Assembly: GCF_000150275.1 (NCBI RefSeq)
Contig: NW_002061248.1
Coordinates: 1 to 6,649 of the forward strand
Direction of reading: 5' to 3'
Source: Trichoplax adhaerens
Taxonomy: Eukaryota; Animalia; Placozoa
DNA length: 6,649 nt
The notes beneath the pieces were generated by a model. That model made no database searches and was not told the DNA's origin. It saw only the letters and a program-made list of their open reading frames with translations. Below are positions 1 to 6,649 of this stretch, piece after piece (position 1 is the stretch's first letter; each line of letters opens with the position of its first letter). A program made the translations under genes and the position numbers.

Positions 1-110
1 GCGATATACTGTACTGTCACGTGTGGATCCAATTAGTGATCCTCCTTGAACAGCACGCTTATGATGACATCAACAAATAAAACCGATTTCAATTTGTTTG
101 CTACAGAATG

Positions 111-138
111 TGCTATGCTATAGTACTATAGTATTGCA
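111..138. repeat. Imperfect 28-bp palindrome with perfect 14-bp core
   Basis: CTATAGTACTATAG (118-131) is self-complementary and extends to 111-138 with two non-Watson-Crick positions. Confidence 0.75.
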
Positions 139-516
139 AGAGTTACGATATTTCCATGGTGTAGAATAGAAATAGCCTTTATATCTTGGATTCTTCATCC
201 TTTAACATACAGTCTATTCATACATAAATAGAAAGGCAAATGCTTCTAATCATTCAACAGTGACTGGAAGTAAGAGTTACTATATTACAAGAGCGCCCTT
301 GATGGGAGTGATTATAAAAGACGAAGCGGTATATAAATCAATCTATAAATACAGTAGGTAAAATGGATTGGTTATTTCATAAATCTAGAACATGATGTTA
401 TTCTTTTATTGTAGGCTAGAAAGACATGGTTTAAATTGGTTCTACTCCTATAGAACGTATTTATTCCAAAGAGCAAAAGTTGTTTTTAGATTTACACTCC
501 ACTATTGTCATGGATA

Positions 517-1024
517 TCCATCCTCAATTATTTACAACCGGCGCGCGTCGAAGGAAAGTGGACTATTTCTATACCGTGATAATGTGGAAAGGAATCATTT
601 CTTCAATAGTATTTACTGTCTCTAGGCTAAATGGTCAGGGAGTTCCATCCTCAGTTATTTAGAACCGGCACGCGTTGAAGGAAAATGGGCTATTTCTATA
701 CCGTGATAATGTGGAAAGGAATCATTTCTTCAATAGTATTTACTGTCTCTAGGCTAAATGGTCAGGGAGTTCCATCCTCAGTTATTTAGAACCGGCACGC
801 GTTGAAGGAAAATGGGCTATTTCTATACCGTGATAATGTGGAAAGGAATCATTTCTTCAATAGTATTTACTGTCTCTAGGCTAAATGGTCAGGGAGTTCC
901 ATCCTCAGTTATTTAGAACCGGCACGCGTTGAAGGAAAATGGGCTATTTCTATACCGTGATAATGTGGAAAGGAATCATTTCTTCAATAGTATTTACTGT
1001 CTCTAGGCTAAATGGTCAAGGAGT
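517..1024. repeat. Tandem array, 4 copies of a 127-bp unit
   Basis: TCCATCCTCA starts at 517, 644, 771 and 898 (period 127). Copies 2 and 3 are identical. Copy 4 has one change (1019). Copy 1 has six changes (527, 535, 543, 549, 558, 562). Confidence 0.98.
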
Positions 1025-1297
1025 TAGGTTAGGGTATCATGATAAACCTTTGATAGTACTGTTGAAGACGGATAGAGATGGAGACTGTACATTGTTGAAA
1101 GCTTTCAATTTGTGGCAGTTTTCCTTTTATGACTCTGTAGTCAATTAGAAAAATATGCGTATTGACGCAATACCTTTCACCTTGTCTACTCTACCTTATG
1201 CTTTGGATTCTACTGTTGAGCATGGATTTCTAACTAGTATTGATGATGACGATATTGTGCCATAAGTGTCTTTGTCATTTGTTGACCAAAAATGAAT

Positions 1298-1321
1298 AAG
1301 AAGAAAAAGAAGAAGAAGAAA
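1298..1321 (+). repeat. Short imperfect (AAG)n microsatellite / purine tract
   Basis: aagaagaaaaagaagaagaagaaa read directly from the sequence. Confidence 0.8.
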
Positions 1322-1661
1322 CATCCTGTATAATAAGACGGTCAGTAGCTACTCTACCTTTTGACAATAATAATTAGCAAGGTATAAAAGTGCGATGTAA
1401 TCGATTGATTGATATAGCAGTCCATTAATCCTTCTTGAGCACATTGTTGCTACCGCAAGTTCAGAACGACTACAACTATCGATTTATATCCAGTATACTA
1501 CTACTGTGTAGGAGATTGTTCTTTTTATAAACGGCACTGGCGATATGGAAAGAGATCGCCTTTCTCGTATTATGTTAAGATTACTTCTTGTTGGGCATTT
1601 TACCCAGTCGTTATCGAATGATTTGGACCGTCATGACCTATTTTGTAAGGAATTAAAAGTA

Positions 1662-1693
1662 CCCCCACTCGGCTCCCGTTCCCAATAACCCCC
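1662..1693 (-). other. Potential G-quadruplex motif
   Basis: Minus strand reads GGGGG-TTATT-GGG-AAC-GGG-AGCCGAGT-GGGGG: four runs of at least 3 G with loops of 5, 3 and 8 nt. Confidence 0.55.
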
Positions 1694-1879
1694 GATTACT
1701 TCCATACTCAGCGTGAATAGCTTAAACGATGATGGATTATAAAATTATGGTGGGAATTTGTAGAGTCATTGTATGCATTGGCTTTTCATTGCAATACAAG
1801 ATGGCGCATACAAAATCGACTTTAGTTACGTATTGCTGCTGGCAGGAATGTCAATTTGCTTAATGCACAGTTCGCATTG

Positions 1880-2770
1880 AATGCTATCAATCCATCCAGT
1901 ACTCGTAGAAGCAGGATGATTTTGAAGAATCATTCCCAATCTGTGCATGGTTACATTAGCACACTATTTGTTGGCATAACTAGTTGATTTTGTTCATTTT
2001 TTCAAGTGTCAATTGGCCATGGTTATCCAAGTAGTCCATGATTGCCAGCTGATCATACAGCGATCGCCGTCTTTAATCGAGAATGCTTCTTCTACGGTAG
2101 CGATGTTGATTTAGAGTCTGCTCTCGAACAACGGTATCCCTATCCTGGCTGATCATGAATAGACTACGACAAGTATGTTATTATTATCGTCAGCCGATCT
2201 GTGGACGTATATCATCGTCATCCAGTAGATCGGAAAAGGATTTAGTGCAAGCCTGATCGATTGCCAACCAACACGAATAGCAAATTTGGCCATCATGTTA
2301 TGGTTGAGCCAAGACGATCGCAATGCGTCTACCGACAGACTTGTAGAACTGTATCAAATTCATCATCATCCTCCATGACTAGTACAACTGTTGTTTATTG
2401 ACTTGTGGCCTCTCGATAGAAAGTATATCATCTCATCTTACCTGTATTGCGTTGAATATCATTCTCCATGCTCTCCGTTTCGCTGGCTCGGCCAGCACGT
2501 TGACTTAAACAGGTACCCATAATGACTGCAATTGTCGACGGGACTATCCAACGTCTTGAAATCTTCAATCCACCTTCTTCTTTTGCCACAACAACAACAC
2601 GATACTCAAGGGTCTCTTTTCTTCAATATACTCCCACTAGTATAACAGTTGTCCCCAACAGCAGATTCTTCTTGTCAAGTTGATACCAATGTAAGCTATC
2701 TAATGTCAGCAAGATTAATGAATCACCAACTTCGATAGATATTCAATTTCTCCAGCAGCCAGCCATCAAA
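1880..2770 (-). pseudogene. Possible decayed intron-containing gene remnant, product unknown
   Basis: More GC-rich than the flanks. Contains a canonical-looking 54-nt intron (CAG|GTAAG...AACAG, 2441->2388) and a GCTGAC..TAG branch/acceptor-like motif near 2700-2710. Protein-like fragments (e.g. VLAEPAKRRAWRMIFNAIQ; RRSLYDQLAIMDYLDNHGQLTLEKMNKIN) are interrupted by many stops. No family recognised; boundaries approximate. Confidence 0.3.
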
Positions 2771-2993
2771 TCGCGATCAACAAGCACCAAGTCAAATCTC
2801 AAAATGAAATGGGCACCGATTGCTGTCTGTCCTGTCCGTCGTCGTGTCTGTCCGGTCAACGTCCACAAGTTGGACTTGTTGTTCAGTCAGCCGCGTCTCC
2901 CATGTCACTCAGGCCATCTGCTTGATAGTCATCCTATTGGTACGCTGTCATACATGCGACATGGTATAGCAAGTGTGCTACGGTACGGTACAG

Positions 2994-3005
2994 GATGACG
3001 TCATC
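2994..3005. promoter_or_regulatory. CRE/ATF-type palindrome GATGACGTCATC (TGACGTCA core 2996-3003)
   Basis: Perfect 12-bp palindrome containing the established bZIP CRE octamer. It lies in a CpG-rich stretch 5' of the putative minus-strand remnant. Function not shown. Confidence 0.35.
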
Positions 3006-3192
3006 GTGGAGGAAAAGATTTCCTTGCCGTCTACACAACAGACTTGGATACACTTGCCACTTGTTGTCGACGTATACAGTGTACAGTATTGAACAGCTGG
3101 ACGGTTTCGTCGACAGTACTATAACTGGACAGCAATGGCGGTCTTCTAAGATGTCCATTCTCAACTACTTCTTTGAGCTAGAATATAAAACA

Positions 3193-4644
3193 GAGAAGAT
3201 TGCTTCCTTGTCAAGACTTTGATAGGCCATATCGATTATCAGTCAAAGATTAAAAGGAGGATAGAATAGATCGATAATATTCTACACTATATACCCTTGC
3301 AAACGCCGTATACGATGTCTATTTTGCAGACAATTTTTCCTCCACTGTACTCTATTTATCCATTATTGATGATGCGCATTTTGCATTGGGAGATACTGCA
3401 AGTTATCATCACATCTAATTGCATTACAGGGTCGAGAAGTTTGCTTCCTTGTCAAGGCTTTTATAGGACATATAAATTATAAGTTGAAGATTAAAAGAAG
3501 GATAGAATAGATCGATAATACTCTACACTATATACCCGTGCGCACACCGTATACGATGCCTATTTTGCAGACAATTTTTCCTCCACTGAACTCTATTTAT
3601 CCATTATTGATGATGCGCATTTTGCATTGGGAGATACTGCAAGTTATCATCACATCTAATTGCATTACAGGGTCGAGAAGTTTGCTTCCTTGTCAAGACT
3701 TTGATAGCCCATATCGATTATCAGTCAAAGATTAAAAGAAGGATAGAATAGATCGATAATATTCTACCCAATATACCCCTTGCAAACGCCGTATACGATG
3801 TCTATTTTGCAGACAATTTTTCCTCCACTGTACTCTATTTATCCATTATTTATGATGCGTGTTTTGCATTGGGAGATACTGCAAGTTATCATCACATCTA
3901 ATTGCATTACAGGGTCGAGAAGTTTGCTTCCTTGTCAAGATTATTATAGGACATACAAATTATTAGTTGAAGATTAAAAGAAGGATAGATAGATCGATAG
4001 CACATAATATTCTACACTATATACCCGTGCGCACACTGTATACGATGCCTATTTTGCAGACAATTTTTCCTCAACTGTACTCTATTTATCCATTATTCAT
4101 GATGCGTGTTTTGCATTGGGAGATACTGTAAGTTATCATCACATCTAATTGCATTACAGGGTAGAGAAGTTTGCTTCCTTGTCAAGGCTTTTATAGGACG
4201 TACAGATTATCAGTTGAAGATTAAAAGAAGGATAGAATAGATCGATAATATTCTACCCAATATACCCGTGCGAACACCGTATACGATGCCTATTTTGCGG
4301 ACAATTTTTCCTCCACTGAACTCTATTTATCCTTTATTTATGATGCGCATTTTGCATTGGGAGATACTGCAAGTTATCATCTCATCTGATTGCATTACAG
4401 GGTAGAGAAGTTTGCTTCCTTGTCAAGACTTTTATAGGACATAATTAGTTGAAGATTAAAACAAGGATAGATAGAATAGATCGATACCACATAATATTCT
4501 ACACCATATACCCGTGCGCACACTGTATACGATTTTGCAGACTATTTTTCCTCCACTGTACTCTATTTATCCATTATTTATGATACGCGTTTTGCATTGG
4601 GAGATACTGCAAGTTATCATCACATCGGATTGCATTACAGCGTA
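3193..4644. repeat. Tandem array (satellite-like), 6 copies of a ~241-bp unit
   Basis: GAGAAG(A/T)TTGCTTCCTTGTCAAG starts at 3193, 3434, 3675, 3917, 4164 and 4405, and similarity ends near 4644-4647. Unit lengths are 241, 241, 242, 247, 241 and 240. Copies differ by substitutions and small indels. Confidence 0.98.
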
Positions 4645-4763
4645 GAGGGACCTTGAAAAGAAATACAAAAGACGTTTTCTTGCCATGGCTTAGAAGTGGG
4701 GGAAAAGAATAGGTGCGGTTAGGAGAGGGGGAATGTGGGTTAAGCAGCCTTCGAAACACAAAT

Positions 4764-4804
4764 GGACTACTAGAAAAATAATCTAGATTTCCTTCTAGTA
4801 GCCC
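4764..4804. repeat. Imperfect inverted repeat (~41 bp)
   Basis: CTACTAGAA (4767-4775) and TTCTAGTAG (4793-4801) flank a central palindrome AATCTAGATT (4780-4789), with outer GG/CC. Confidence 0.8.
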
Positions 4805-5249
4805 TTGTACAACTGCTACTGCGTAGTCAATGACTAGTCACCATAGGTAAGGAGAAATTATTTCGCGAAATGGTCACGATGGTTACAACATCTACTTGTA
4901 GGATAATTCTAAAATTGATATGACATTATAGTGCGACAAAATCCCACGCTTGAATACTTGGCGAATTTCACGCCATGTTGATTTCATTTTAAAGCGTTAG
5001 TAGGCAATTTACAATATCCAATCGAGTTCCAATATTGCTATATTGGCCAACATTCAAAATAAAACTACAACAGTCCATTTTCCAGCGGATACAGCTTGAA
5101 AATAATACTGTATATCCATCTTTACTTCCCATGATCATCGACTGAATGTGAACATACAGTCTTTCGCTACTTGAGCAAGATGACATATCGATTAATATAG
5201 AATATACAGGGGGATAGGTTATATATAATTAAACAGAACTAGCCAATAA

Positions 5250-5700
5250 TGCAAATCGTATAACATATCATCGTTGCATTACTACCTTCAGCACCCACAG
5301 TAGTTGTACTAGTAATATGGACATATCGTGATCAATCTCTCAGACAGTGGTGAGCTAAAAGTAAAAAAATCAATAAACTTCAATGCGTACACTTGAGGCC
5401 GAGAAGCAACTTCCGGCAGCTTTGTTGGCAGTATGATATCGTAATGCCGTATACTTATATAATAATGATACATAATCCAAAGCTATTTTAAAATCATCTA
5501 AAATTACCTGCAATTATATTAATTGACTCGATATTCTGATTTACTCACCTACAACTTAAATCAGGGACTTTTCGATAAGATCATTTCTTGTTGAGAAGTC
5601 CGTACTTAACTCAATCGCTACATTCAGATCATATTTATGCCAGCAGCATTTCTTGTATCATAAATGACATCTGAATCAGCAGACGCAGGCATACTGTACA
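5250..5700 (-). pseudogene. Possible second decayed gene fragment with very short introns
   Basis: Minus strand has GTGAGT...TTGCAG (5548->5508, 41 nt) and GTACGC...TTTTTTTACTTTTAG (5390->5355, 36 nt). They flank a 117-nt segment that is open in one frame (VILDDFKIALDYVSLLYKYTALRYHTANKAAGSCFSASS). Neighbouring segments have stops or frame breaks. Confidence 0.22.
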
Positions 5701-6649
5701 AATAAGTACGCATCATGGCTACGAGAGACCGTCATAAGAAATGGAGATATTAATTTAATTGACTGCAAGCACGGAGTACGGCGTAGAGGCCATAGACTAC
5801 TAAAATGGATACTGTACATATCTCTCATAATCCATGGTCACTGTCAACGAAATAAGCAGCAGTCCATCTAGTAAACAACTGTCTACCGAGATGGTAATGG
5901 CAATTTTGCCATGGTGGATATCAGCAAAGTATGAATGAGTAAGTTCGAGTGAATGCCATCTCTCACGTTTATCTTGTCCATCTTTTAAGCTTTAACTACA
6001 ACACTTTGCAATCACGATACCTTACTAACTATTTTACAGATAATGTTCTAGATTCGCCGTATCGCGTAAAAGGACACGACATTTTCAGACATCATAATGA
6101 CTTTAAGCGATATTAGCAATAAGTTACGATTACGAGTGGGTAATCACAGTAAAACCGTGCACGGTAAATGTACAATATTGATATTTTAGATCACAAGCAG
6201 TACTTCAATATTCTAATTAGCTTCGGTTTGCAAGGTGCGAAATTTATTCCAATTTACCTATGATTAGTTTATGTTCCTAAAAACGTAAGTAGATCTGCTA
6301 TACAGTCTAAGGCATACATTTAACGATACATACAACATATACATGAATATGCACAATGTAAGTATGAAGAAACAGCGAGAGTGAGATTAAAAAGTTACAG
6401 AGATTCAAAGAGTGTATTTAAGAAATCTATGACTATGTAAGCCGTTTAAAACTTACTATACATTGGAATTCCACACAAAATCTACATGACAGGGTCATTA
6501 ATTCAAGTTCATAAATCCCATTTTATGCGGTATTCTATGATTATAGTAGAACCACTTTAGCTGCTAAAACTAGTTAACATTCCAATTAGATAAATTGCTA
6601 AACCAATAATATCCTCAATGGCATTATTGAGTTATGCATCGCTTTAAAT

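Noticed and set aside
16-23. GTCACGTG as a point-centromere CDEI
   Set aside because: Not followed by an extremely AT-rich CDEII and a CDEIII motif; at most an E-box.
644-770. Hammerhead ribozyme on the minus strand of the 127-bp unit (CTGAGGA matches CUGANGA)
   Set aside because: I could not build a stem II followed by GAAA, and copy 1 has TTGAGGA. An Infernal search would be definitive.
517-1024. 5S rRNA or tRNA tandem genes
   Set aside because: Unit size is similar to 5S, but there are no 5S or tRNA sequence motifs.
392-1148. Short ORFs overlapping the 127-bp array
   Set aside because: The 127-bp period shifts the frame each copy, stops recur, and no protein family is recognisable.
1186-1360. 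12-bp direct repeat CTACTCTACCTT (1186-1197, 1349-1360) as a target-site duplication
   Set aside because: No terminal inverted repeats between them, and a 12-mer repeat is plausible by chance in a window of this size.
1880-2700. Alternative genetic code (TAA/TAG = Gln) gene on the minus strand
   Set aside because: The best frame also contains internal TGA stops, and overall stop density looks close to random.
3188-3198. AAACAGAGAAG resembling the 5' end of the hairpin ribozyme
   Set aside because: No loop B or matching substrate strand nearby; likely coincidence.
3367-3420. C/D snoRNA in the 241-bp unit (TGATGA ... CTGA)
   Set aside because: TGATGA occurs only in copies 1-2 and the downstream CTGA only in copy 5, never together.
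3297-3977. Repeated 61-65 aa ORFs in the 241-bp array
   Set aside because: They start at TTG/GTG, copies carry frameshifting indels, and there is no recognisable domain. They are by-products of the repeat.
3193-4644. CRISPR array interpretation of either tandem array
   Set aside because: Units are homologous over their full length, there are no unique spacers, and no cas genes are visible.
4574-5186. Minus-strand ORFs of 61 and 65 aa (and the short ORFs at 2804-3222)
   Set aside because: Short, with no recognisable motifs; consistent with chance ORFs.

Overview
AT-rich, eukaryote-like window (fungal/protist-like; an inference from short GT-AG intron-like segments and the absence of prokaryotic gene structure) with no intact, recognisable gene. 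It is dominated by two unrelated tandem arrays. The first is 4 x 127 bp at 517-1024, perfectly periodic from 563 to 1018, and each unit can be folded by eye into an imperfect rod-like hairpin whose base coincides with the unit boundary. The second is 6 x ~241 bp at 3193-4644, a mosaic of variants with a 30-nt hypervariable window. Between and after the arrays are possible decayed intron-containing gene remnants on the minus strand (low confidence), a G-quadruplex motif, a CRE palindrome, and a polypurine tract + TG followed by a cluster of palindromes. The supplied ORFs appear incidental. All folds were derived by eye, not computed.
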